Source: Caecitellus pseudoparvulus
Lineage: Eukaryota > Protista > Bigyra: Bicosoecida
Direction: 5' to 3'
Assembly: GCA_965644315.1 (NCBI GenBank)
Contig: CBFFRQ010000031.1
Span: 1 to 64,000, forward strand
DNA length: 64,000 nucleotides
The translations under genes and the position numbers were made by a program. Shown here in pieces: positions 10,484 through 21,300 of the stretch (position 1 is its first letter; every line of letters begins with the position of its first letter). The notes beneath the pieces are model-generated. The model saw only the letters and a list, made by a program, of their open reading frames with translations. It did not search any database and had not been told where the DNA came from.

Positions 10484-11668
10484 TATAATTTTATGATTTT
10501 CATATTTTATATTTTAAAATGTGAGAGACTGTTTTTTATTATATATTCGCACACGCCCCACGCTATGTCGGATTTAGTGATTAAGTGATTAAGTGATTAA
10601 GTGTTAAGGGTTATAATGGATTTAGTGTTAAATGATATATGAATAAGTGATTTACAATGTATCTTTTTATTTTGTCATTTCGCCTCCTTTGATTGTTTCT
10701 AAAATAGGGTAATTGGATGGATGGTTGATTGCTTCAATTTTGTTTGGACTGATTGTCAGATAAGGGCTAAGAATAGTCTCAGAAAATATATATATATATA
10801 TATTTATTATATTTTTTATATTATTTCTATTTTTTGTAGTGATAACCCTTAAGATAACACTTATAAAATAGTAGTAAAAAGTAAGTAAAAAATATAGTAA
10901 AGGGTTTATAAGTGATTGTTTTTATAGGGATAGTGTCTAATAAGTGTTATAGATATAATATAAATATATCTAAAAATGGTATATATAAATAAAGTCTAAA
11001 AATATAGTATAAAAATATATCTGTTTTTAGTCGCAAACTGCGGCAGCAGTTGAGACATATCGCTCATAAATTCATTTATGAATTTATTGTCCCCCACGGT
11101 CGTGGTTGAGCGAAGTGCAGGTGCGCATGGAGGCGATGTCCTTGATCGATGATGAAACCTGTGGAAAGTTGGAAGATGATGAAGTGAATGTGTCCAGTAT
11201 ACTTACATGATGGCTCGGGGTCCATGTGCAGCTCCAGTGAAAATCCTGTGACGGGGCGCGCGGAATTTGGCAGGGTGAACACGCGGGCGCGCGGGGAAAC
11301 GTCGCAGGCGGGGCGCACCGGTCCTCAGGGCCTTGATTGATGGAATGACTGGATGTTCTGTAAAAAGGAGGAGGTGTTCGTGGTGTTCTTGGTGCTCGGG
11401 TGGCGTTGTTCCGGCTGTGCGCGCTGCTACCACCGGCGTGGTGCAGTGCAGCACCGTCGTGAAACGCTACCCGAAGGCGGCCACTGCGGCTCAGGACAGC
11501 GCGCAGTGGCCCCAGGCACACGTGCAGTGCCTGGCAAGGGCCAGGAGAAGCGGGGGGTTTCTGAATTATGAAGCGAAGTGTGGACTGGGACGAAGCAGGA
11601 GTGGACCCGGCCCCCTCTGGCTCAGCCGACTGAGCCGAGAGGGCGCGGGCGGGGCAGTTCGACACGTA

Positions 11669-11875
11669 TGGGCGGGCGCGGGCGCGCCCTAGCAAGCGGC
11701 GGCTCATACAACGGACGTATGTCCGTGATGGCTGCAGACCCACGAGAGTGGGAGCCGCTGTAGCGCTCCTGGTGTGCCTTGTGCACAGCAGCGAGCGCTA
11801 CATGTGATGCCCAAGCTGTATCGCGTGCAAGCGTGAAGGCGACATGCAATGCATTCAATGAGCTAACCCTAACCT
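11669..11875 (+). ncRNA. Structured RNA module, copy 3, ending in CTAACCCTAACCT
   Basis: GGGCGC-GGGC-GCGCCC, ACGGAC-GTAT-GTCCGT, CCCAC-GAGA-GTGGG, TGTAGCGCTC..GAGCGCTACA, TGGGC..GCCCA and CGCGT-GCAA-GCGTG, then AATGCATT-N7-CTAACCCTAACC. Confidence 0.8.
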
Positions 11876-14006
11876 GGAGGGGGAAGTGCTCCCCACAAAC
11901 GCCAAGGGCCTCGAAATCGCCATAGCAGGGATAATGGTGCAGGAACTCAAAGCCATTGGCATTGAGACGATCCCTGTCATCGTCACTGACCTGGATTCCG
12001 CTGTGCATGCGGCTTTCGACGGGTTTGCTCTGGTGCATGTCGCTGACAAGAACCACTACATGAAGAGCTTCTGCAAGCCCCTGTCTGAGATGCCAAGCAA
12101 GCTGGCGACAGCAACAACAGCCCTGCCATCTATCACACGCCGTGAAGTGATCCAGGACATCAAGCAGGGCACCTTGGCGGCGCGGGGAGCTGCGCGCCCA
12201 GCCAAGGTTGCGCGACCAGCTGCCGCAGCCCATACGTCGCCACAGCCTGACAGCATGGAGGCCATGCCACGTATCAACCAGAGCGACTATGCAGCATTAT
12301 ACAGAGCTGCTAAGACTGAACAACCCGACCGCTTGACTGAGCCGCTCGTGCAGAAGCTGCTTCTTGTCACGGGGGCAGGGGAGGCCATCCCCGACCTGGA
12401 GCGTGGCTTCCTGCAGAAGCGCTACCTGGCAGCACTTGCCGACGCGAAAGCAGGGCCAACTGAGGAGGACGAACAGCACCCAGAGGACTTTGATGATGAC
12501 AGTGACGAGGAAGGAGGGGCAGCTGCGCCCACTACCCCCACAGCCAGAGGCGCCACCAAGCGAAGCAGGTCGGCTGCTGCTCCACTCAAGACCAAGGCTG
12601 CCGGGAAGTGGTTGCAAAGCAAGATGCGCCGCAACGTCCTGCAGGCTGTAGGAATTGCAACGCAACTTGGAACTCCGTATCGTGCCAGGGAGCTCATGCA
12701 GATCTCCGTACAGCACTACTGTGGCGACCACTCACAGTGCCACCTGCTCTTCAACAAGCAACCTGGAGATTGCCGAGCTGGGGCTATCTTCAGCCCCGAT
12801 GGTCCAGCTGCACAGTACATGACAGCCCTCTTTGATCAGTACTTCGGATATGTTGGCCAAGTCAGGCTGGACTCGCTGGGTGTCCTTCTTCTGCTCCACA
12901 CAAACGCGTGTGAAAGCTTTGGGGCTGGCGCACGGAGGTACACCCCAAAGGACAACGCCTTCCGCACACGCTGGCCTGATGGCACCTTGAAGCAACTCGC
13001 AGACGTGCACATGGGCTGTGCACTTTCACGAGAGGTCATCTTGAAGGAGCTGGGCTGCAGCATGCCCCGCTCCATGCAGCGGGTGTACAGCGAGGATGAC
13101 GAGCGCAAGGCACGGGCCGTGGAGCAGTCCCTGTCTGGAGCAAGCAGTGCAAGGAAGGCCAAGCAAAACAGGGCACGCATCGTCACCTGCAGCAAGGTGA
13201 CAAAGTCTGCCATTGACACGTATAAGGTGGAGGGGCTGTCCGGTGCACAGCTCGAGCGCGCCGCGAAGCTCGCTGCCACAGCCGGCTTGCGGCAGGTGTT
13301 AGGAAAGCACGCAGCCACCCGCAGAGTTGTGGCGGGGGCAGCCAAGGCAGTGCTGGGTGGAGGAGGGCCACATCCAAGACAGCCGATGCCGCAAGGGCGA
13401 GTTACTGTTGTGGAAGGGTCTTGCGTCGGGCGGCCGAAGCGTGGTCGGCGTCGACGAAAGAGCCCGGTGGTGCCAGAAAGCACACAAGACCCTGCAGTCC
13501 CCCTAGAAGAAGAACCAGAGGAAGCGGGTTTTGAAGAGACTGAAGATGAGGGTTGTGGCGGAGAGTTCATCGCCCAGCAGCCTCGGGCATTCACAGGCTT
13601 CCTTGACCAGGAGGAGGGTGCAGCGTACGGGTGGCAGCACGGCGCCGTTCGGTACGCCCCGGACGCCTTCGACGTTCCCGTGTACGGGATCGAGTACTTT
13701 GTGCTGGGCAGGTGGACACAGTCGCTCTTCCATGCCCGTAAGCTGGACATGGCAGACGGGGAAGTGGACCCGGAGGAAGGGGCACCTGACGTGACGGAGC
13801 GGGGGGGACCGATGTGCCTGCGGCGTGTACGGCTGTACGGCATGAGGCCCCAGGAGGAAGGGGACGACGAAGACTGTCGGCCTGTCGGGGACATGGTTGA
13901 CATTGCCACTGTGCCTCTGGCCCAGGGGCCCCTGCGCGCGTACTCCTTCGAGGTTGCAGCGCAGGAGGCTGCTGAGGCTGCCGCGATGCCGTCTCCTGGG
14001 AAGTAA
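11876..14006 (+). pseudogene. Mutator-like DDE transposase, N-terminally truncated at the telomeric junction
   Basis: IVTDLDS (cf. DGDS), DKNH (cf. CxxH/DxxH), HYCGDHSQC and HTNACESF match the motif order of Mutator-like transposases. The first catalytic Asp region is missing. Confidence 0.65.
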
Positions 14007-15353
14007 GTATTGCATTTCTGGCTACCCAGATGACTTGAACCCAGTGCCACTGACGCCAAAGGCATCCTGGATGACTGTCACAAGCTCTTGTGGCAGTGGA
14101 AACCTGCGCCCAGCACACAGGAGCACGCGAGCAGCCAGAGTGTAGCAAGTGAACCTGCGAGCAGCCCCAACACGCCTTGTGTTTGAGGACGACAGGGTTG
14201 CCAATTCAACACCACTCAATGTCGAGGCCCCTTGCTCCAGCAACCACTCATGAAGTTCTTTCTTGGCGCTCTGTGTCAGTGCGCCGTACAGCTGTTGAGC
14301 TGCGATGGTGAGGTGGCGAAGTTGGAGCTCCGGAGGCCTCATGCAACGCCATTGAAACTCTTACCCCACGTTCCGTCCTCATGGCATGATGGTGACAGCT
14401 CCTCCGCGGCCGCTGCAAGGCCAGGCACCTCTGGAAGCTCAACAACTGCCAGCTCCTCTGCAGTTCTGCCCTTCAGTGCCTCCTCGCCGCCACCTGTAGC
14501 TGTGACTTGACGGCGGGTGCGTTTCCGGGGCCGTTTTGGCATGCTAATCAGGGGCCAGAGCACGCTCAGGTGAAGAGACCAAAATAAGAATACGGCGGCC
14601 GGATGAATTGGAATGGTGTGCAAATGAAGGCATTCCTTTGTATTTTGGTGGCGCCCTGCTCACTGTACAAGCCGCCCCTTTGTGCCGGTGAGGAGGGCAA
14701 TCCCGAAACGCCCGCAGAAACCCCTTGCCCGGATTGACCGTGAGCCCATAAACTTATTCTCGACGCACCGTTCTCTTGGCGTTCTTTGACCATGAAAGTG
14801 GCTTTTCTTTGGTGTGCTGCGCCTACTTGCTGCCGGAGAATTGATCCACACTTGCCTGGGTCATAGGCAGAGCCTGTCCATACGCGCTTCAGGCACATCT
14901 CTTCCCTCTATGTCCCCGTCGGCCTGGCCCCGCCACAGCTTCAGACACGAGGCCAAACTGGACACACTCTCCGCCTTGGCACAACTCAAACCGAGTCTTG
15001 CCACGGGCGGCAGAAATTCAACCTGGAAATCAGCATGCAATGAAATTCTTTAACTCGCAATCGGTGTGAGCCAGTCTATCCGTGCACTGCGTCAGGAGGT
15101 GGTGCGTGCAGCGCTGGCGTGTCGCTTTCCATTGCGATTTCCGCACAAGTAGCCCTGCCGCACTCTTCGCACAAAGACGGACACAGCCGTTTCACCTGCA
15201 TGTTCACAGGTTTGATATCATCAACTGTTCCCATCTTCCCCTGCTGTGCACCTGCTGCTCTTCTGCGCGACATCACGGACCTTCGCTTGCACGTACCTGG
15301 CTCAACCTGTGGCTCAAACTTCAACATCGGCCACTGACATCCTGGGGCCAGTC

Positions 15354-16517
15354 ATGGCAACCATTGGTGATCCAACACACCTCAAGACCCAGTGGAAAGA
15401 CGCTTGTAGAGAGGAGGATGCAGATCAGCTTTGGCAATTCTTGCAGCAAGCCAGCGGCCACACTGCCACTTTCTTTGAGGCACTGGGCAGTTCAGACACA
15501 ACAGATGGGTTTCAGGCTGCATGCCAGAGAGGACATTTGAAGTTGATGCGCGAGCTGCTGAAACTGGTAGGTGGTCTGGCAGTGGATGTGCACGCGGCGG
15601 ATTGGTATGGATCTGAGGCGGCCTTCCGAGCGGCATGTGCCAATGGTCACATTGACATCGTGCGTGAGCTGCTGGGCCTGACTGGGGTGCGAGAAGTTGA
15701 TGTGCATGCGGCGGATGATGAGGGACCTGAGGCCGCCTTCCGAGCCGCATGTGCCAATGGTCACATTGACATCGTGCGTGAGCTGCTGGGTCTAACTGGG
15801 GCGCGGGCAGTGGATGTACACGCGGCGGATGGGGGTGGACCTGAGGCCGCCTTCCAGTGGGCATGCCGCAATGGCCATACAGACGTTGTGCGCGAGCTGC
15901 TGGCCCTCTCTGGGGCGCGGGAAGTGGATGTGCACGCGGCGGATGATGATGGACCTGAGTCCGCCTTTCGAGACGCATGCCTCCACGGCCGTACAAACGT
16001 TGTGCGTGAACTGTTGGGCCTGACTGGGGCGCGGGAAGTGGATGTTCACGTGGCGGATGAGATAAGCCCTGAGTTCGCATTCCGAGTAGCATGCAGATAT
16101 GGCCGTACAAACGTTGTGCGTGAACTGCTGGCCCTCTCTGGGGCACGGGAAGTGGATGTACATGCAGCAGATGGGGATGGACCTGAGGTCGCCTTCCGAT
16201 GGGCATGCCGCAGGGGCCGCACAGACGTCGTGCGTGAGCTGCTGGCCCTGACTGGGGCGCGGGAAGTGGACGTGCACGCGGCAGATGAGGACGGACCTGA
16301 GGCCGCCTTCGGAAGCGCATGCAAGGCTGGCCACAAAGACACCATGCGTGAGCTGTTGGGCCTCACGGGTCACCGGGCAATTCCAGCTGTCATCTGGCAA
16401 CACAAAGGTGGGTATGTTGCGCAAGCTGCTCGTGATGCAGTGTGGACTGGCACCAGCACTCGTCATGGGCGGCGTGCGATGCTCTTCCTGAGATCCCGTG
16501 GTTTGGGGCGAGTGTGA
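15354..16517 (+). CDS. Ankyrin-repeat protein (~8 repeats of 38 aa)
   Basis: Repeats of VDVHAADxxGPEAAFRxACxxGHxDxVRELLxLTGAR. The ATG at 15354 aligns with the N-terminus of the paralog at 24437. Confidence 0.9.
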   Translation: MATIGDPTHLKTQWKDACREEDADQLWQFLQQASGHTATFFEALGSSDTTDGFQAACQRGHLKLMRELLKLVGGLAVDVHAADWYGSEAAFRAACANGHIDIVRELLGLTGVREVDVHAADDEGPEAAFRAACANGHIDIVRELLGLTGARAVDVHAADGGGPEAAFQWACRNGHTDVVRELLALSGAREVDVHAADDDGPESAFRDACLHGRTNVVRELLGLTGAREVDVHVADEISPEFAFRVACRYGRTNVVRELLALSGAREVDVHAADGDGPEVAFRWACRRGRTDVVRELLALTGAREVDVHAADEDGPEAAFGSACKAGHKDTMRELLGLTGHRAIPAVIWQHKGGYVAQAARDAVWTGTSTRHGRRAMLFLRSRGLGRV

Positions 16518-18356
16518 TGAAAATGCACCACTGAAGTGACCGTGACCGCCATGGAGTCAGCTCGATCTGGCCAGCATAGCAGCCCACTCGCCTTCACACA
16601 CACACTGTTGCCACCATGACTTCTTGGCATGGCTTCCACCTCGTTCCCCCGGGCTGCTGCTTTTCAAAATGCCTCTTCAATTGACTTCCTGACTATTCTA
16701 CAGCTCTGCTTCTCACCAACATTCTCCTACTACCTTCCACTAGCATGCCAGCGCCGACGCTTGACTTTGGTGCGAGGTGTTCCATCTCCCAGATGCCCGA
16801 GAATCGCTCTGATCTGTGTTTACGCTGAACTCTGGCTTTGCCTTCCTCCTTTCCGAGTGCGATGATCGGTTGCCTGTGCAGCCAAATCCACACTTCCACC
16901 TCAAGCTTGGATGATCAGGTCAATCGAAGCGTCAAGCTGGCACCAAAAATGACCTGCGCGCACGACCCTTCATGATATCTGCATCAGCTGCCCCGGCCTG
17001 TACCCCGCCCTCCCACAATGCGGGAGTGGCTTCCACACATCCAACTTCTCGCGCCCAGCCTGGACAACTGCTTCCTGCGACACCAGTGCTCGGAAAGTTT
17101 CGCTGCCAGCCTTGCTCCGGACTTCACAAGGTATTCACACAAGAGTAGCCACTAGTGGATCTGAAGCGAGTTTTCTCTGGCCTGCCCCTCCCCACACTTC
17201 GCTCTGTTACCCACCTTCATTTGTCTGTCCAACGCAGCGTTCATATCCATCGCAGTCAGGAAGTGCACCGCTTGTATCCAAGCCATTCTCCGCATTGTTC
17301 CGTATCTTGCATGTTCCAACGGCTTCCAGGGCCCGCCATAAGCGGTGGCAGGACGAGGCCAAGAGCGTGCTGCTTCGGGGAAAACGCAAGTTGCTCGGGG
17401 CGGAGGTGAAGTTCTTGACCTTCGCCTTCTGTGGCATTTCACTTTTGCGATCCAGCCCCCTTCACCCTGACAGCTGGCCAAACTATCTCCATCCACCCGG
17501 CTTTCTCCGAAGTCGCCACGGCACGCCAGTGGGGCAGTTCGATCACCTTGACTTATCTGCGATGTTCAGTCTGAGCACTTGCAGTTTCAGGTGAATCTCT
17601 GGCCCCCCCGCCGACAACTTGGCCAGCAAGCTGCTAGTGGTTCCACGAGCAATTCATCTCCACAGCGGCTGCAAACTTCCAAAGCAGAAGCGGCATACGG
17701 GAAGGTTCGCAACCTTCACACCTTGTGCAAGGTGCTTTTCATGGTCATTGGCTCATCAAGCACAGCAGTCGCCCACAATATAGGTTTATTTCTCCAGAAT
17801 CGGCAGCGCCTCACATGCAAACCACAACCGATTTCCGCAGCACAGTTCGCAGTTCTGCATAGCCCCCTGGCGGCCTGTCCCTCAGCAGTGGTAGGAAACA
17901 GAGCCTCTTCTCAATCTCAATTGCAATAAGCACTGAAGCTCGCCGCCCTAGCCTCCCACTCCTGCTTCCTTCGCTTCCAGGCTGCATTGTACCTTTGACT
18001 GGCTCAGCTCACCACCAGCAACGCATGGTGGAAGTCGCCGTTCACGAAGGCATGGCTGATCATGCGTGAGTTCTCCAATCCAAATCAAGTGGCATCTTAC
18101 TATATAATGGAAATTGTAAGCTTGCTTGTTTGGTCAGCTCCAATGGCGGTGCAGCCTCGACTTATAAAGGGAAGGCTTGCGCCCTGTCCACGGTGCGACG
18201 CGCGATGAGCCCGGCAAGCTGCTTCGCGTTGCACATGCTGCACTTGTTCAAGCTCACTGGAAAATGAATTACATGCACAAGGAGGGTCTTGCGAAAAAGC
18301 TCCACGGCACTTCAACGGTTGGAGTCGATGTCGATGGTTCTGGGCAGCTCTATCGG

Positions 18357-21300
18357 TCAAGGGCTCTTTCGCGCAGGTGCAGGCATGAAGTCGTCGCCCA
18401 TCATCACATGCACCAGCGGGGAGTCCAGGTACTTCGCGCATTGCTCCAAGTACCGTTTGTTTGTCACAAGGTCTGTGTTCGTGATGTACAGCATGTGCAC
18501 CCGCCACTCTGGCATGCTGACTCCCTCCAAAGGCTCTGCAGTCACCCTTAGCTTCTTGAGATTGCCACTCCCAGGCTGGCAGCCAGCCATTCCAGCAGCA
18601 CCATCTGCATCACTCTCAGACAACAGCTCTGCCTTAATCCGCACGTCTGCCTCCAGCAGCTGCAGCCAGGAGTTCACAACAGACATACGCCCCATTGAGC
18701 CCTGTGCACTCGCCGCACCAGAAGCGGGCGTTTTCCTTTGGCCTTCTGCGCGCGACAGCATCACGCTCCCATCCGAGAGAAGCTCATGGCGTGACTCCTC
18801 TGAGAGCACCACCTGTGCAATGCCACGCAAGGCAAGGGGAACACCCTTAGGTGCTCTTTTCTCTTTTGCGTGGGTGTACAAGTCGGAGTGTGTCACTTCC
18901 ACAAGCACTGCGTGCTTCACACCCTCTTTGTCATGATACACCAGCAAGGCGTCGACGCCAGGGTCCTTACCCCACGTATGGATGACCCAGGACTCGCCTG
19001 GCCCGATGTTGCGCAAGGATGCCAGTACATCTGCTGGCACCTCGGAGTTGTCGAGCCTGAGCACGGTTGGCGGCGCGCCGAGGTCCACCTGCACATCCTT
19101 TTGACCTTTCTTTGCGTTCGACAGATTGAGCCGCGATTGCAAGCAAGTGACATAGAACAGTGATGGAGGCGACATCACCTCCATCAGCTCCGACGTGCTT
19201 TGGTTCTTGGGGTACTCAACGTGCTTCAGAACCTCTTCGAGAGCGAACTTCTGGCCCACACCCAGTGCACGGTGTCCACACACACCAAGCGCCATGAGAG
19301 ATAGCACATCACGCTCCAAGGTTTCCCGCTTTGACGGAGAACGGTCCAACAGGTTCGACATTTTGCGCCGGTCGGTACAGTCAAAGTCCCCGAACGTCAG
19401 CACCTGCAGCGAAGCATGCCTGGCAGCCAAGGACGCAAACAGCGCGTTGCCAGCAACAGCTGCGCGTGTCACGTTGATGCGGGACACCATGGAGGCGTGC
19501 AAGAGTCCAGAAAGCTGATCCCCGACATGTACTCCCCATGTGGCTTCTGTGATGGCTGGCCAGGTGAGCTTCTTCAGCATGCCAGTTTCCAGATTCAGTT
19601 GCTTCATGCGCCGTTTGAGCATTGACAACTGTTTGGTATACTCATTAAAGAGGGCTCCTCTGTGCCCCATGCGCTCTAGATCGCGAGAGTAGCGCAAGAT
19701 AGCGCGCGGGATACTACCAAAGTACACCAGCGCTTCCTTGAGCTCACGATCAGTTGGGCTCGCTGGCGCGCAGTCCATCCCTGTGCCTGGCAGCAAAAGC
19801 TCTGCATCTGCACGACTGCGCAGCACTGCCACCATGTTTTCTATAGTGGTTGGCCCCAGATCGTAGGGCACATCCCACGATTGGCTCTCGAAAGTAACTT
19901 CCAGGCTGGAGTCTGTGGAGCATGACATGACGCGCATCGTGCCGATGGCTTCATGCTGGCCCTTCCAATCACACCAAGATTCAAGGGCCTTCTTCGTAAA
20001 GCTCCGCATTCCTCCCCTCGCATACTCAAGCAAATCATTCGCTTCGTCTACTATCACAACGCGTGGACTGCGCAAAGGTCCCTTGCCTGGCACACCAAAC
20101 AAACCTTGCAGTGCGTTCATGACTGTCTGCGGAGACGGCCTTGAAGAGCCCAGCAGCGGAAGCATGCGCGCCTGCAGCTCATGTCCACTCAGAGCGTCCC
20201 CTGCACATGTGCTCAATCCCCGAAGCAGCGTGTCTACTTCACCATGAACAAATTCGCCGCCATCAGACATGTACAGCACGTCAGCCCCCAGGCCCACGGC
20301 CGAGATGCTGGCCAGCGCTGCCAGAATGATGCTCTTGCCGCACCCAGGCACCCCGGTCAGCAAATGCCCTGGGCGCTCGGACACCAATGCCTGTGCACAG
20401 CTTGCAAGGAAGGCAATGCGCTCCGGCGTCCACACGATGCTTAGCGTGCGGACCACCTTGCGCGGCAGCTGCTCCAGTGTGCCGTCCAGGCGCGGCCGCA
20501 CAGCATGCACCTGAACGAAGTCTGAATCGTTCTGCCTGAACGTGAGTGGGTGCAAGGTCGGTGGTGTGCCCTCGTCAATCGCCGCGCGAATAACATACTC
20601 GCTCTGATAGTCACAGAACGGAAAACCTGTGGAGCTGTCCGGTGCAAGAAGCCGCGTTGCGAAGGCTACAACCTCGCCGTTCTCATCTAGCACAGCCATT
20701 GGTTCAGTGATGGTCGCAGTGTCATGAAGTGTTTCTTCGCTTCCTGTGGCACCGTCTGGGTCTTTTGCCTTTCCGTCGTGCTCCCTTTGCAGTTCAGCTT
20801 TTGCCCTCTCAAACCATTTCAACACCCCGTCCTTGCCTCTCAGCATCGCTTTCCCCAGATCAAGCTTCCAGCCCAGCACATGCTGCACCGCCTGACGGTG
20901 GCCAGCTTCTGGCATGTACTCCTGCCCGGCTGCACTGTCAAGCAGCACTTCCCGCAGTGGCAGCACCACATTTGAGACACGTGCAGAGGAGAGTGCAGAA
21001 GCCCATGAAGCCTCCATTTCTTCTCTCTTTTTTGCAGCGGCAGCCTCCTCCTTCTCTCTCTCCTTAGCAGCGGCAGCCTCCTTCTTTGCAGCAGCAGCGT
21101 CTTTCTTTGCCCTTTCCTTGGCAGCAGCAGCCTCCTTCTTTTCTTTCTTCTTTGCACTCTTCTTTGCATCAGTATCCGCAGTGGCAGCAAGACTCAACTC
21201 CTCAGAGAGTAAGGTGCCCAGCGATCGCCCAAATCGATGTGATCTCACGTTGAAGAGGTACTGAAGAACCTTGCTGTCCATCTTCTCGGCAGGCAGGTAG

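Larger units (their letters stand above)
9673..11030 (-). mobile_element. AT-rich endogenous virophage/Polinton-like virus fragment, truncated by telomere addition
   Basis: Abrupt, very AT-rich island in a GC-rich genome. It holds an intronless SF3/D5-like helicase gene, upstream TCTA motifs and ~600 bp of non-coding AT-rich sequence with short repeats. Confidence 0.7.

Noticed and set aside
11813-11850. AAGCTGTA-hairpin(GCAA) resembling group II intron domain V
   Set aside because: The lower stem complement (TACAGCT) is missing in all three copies, and there is no domain VI or GUGYG 5' end.
11863-11873. CTAACCCTAAC is identical to the vertebrate telomerase RNA template, suggesting a telomerase RNA gene
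   Set aside because: Any 1.8 units of CCCTAA give this string. It sits at the 3' edge of the module with no conserved sequence downstream, and in copy 2 it is a long tract. It is treated as a junction or priming sequence.
14022-14623. Small minus-strand ORFs convergent with the transposase
   Set aside because: They may be an accessory gene of the transposon, but there is no recognisable motif or reliable exon structure.
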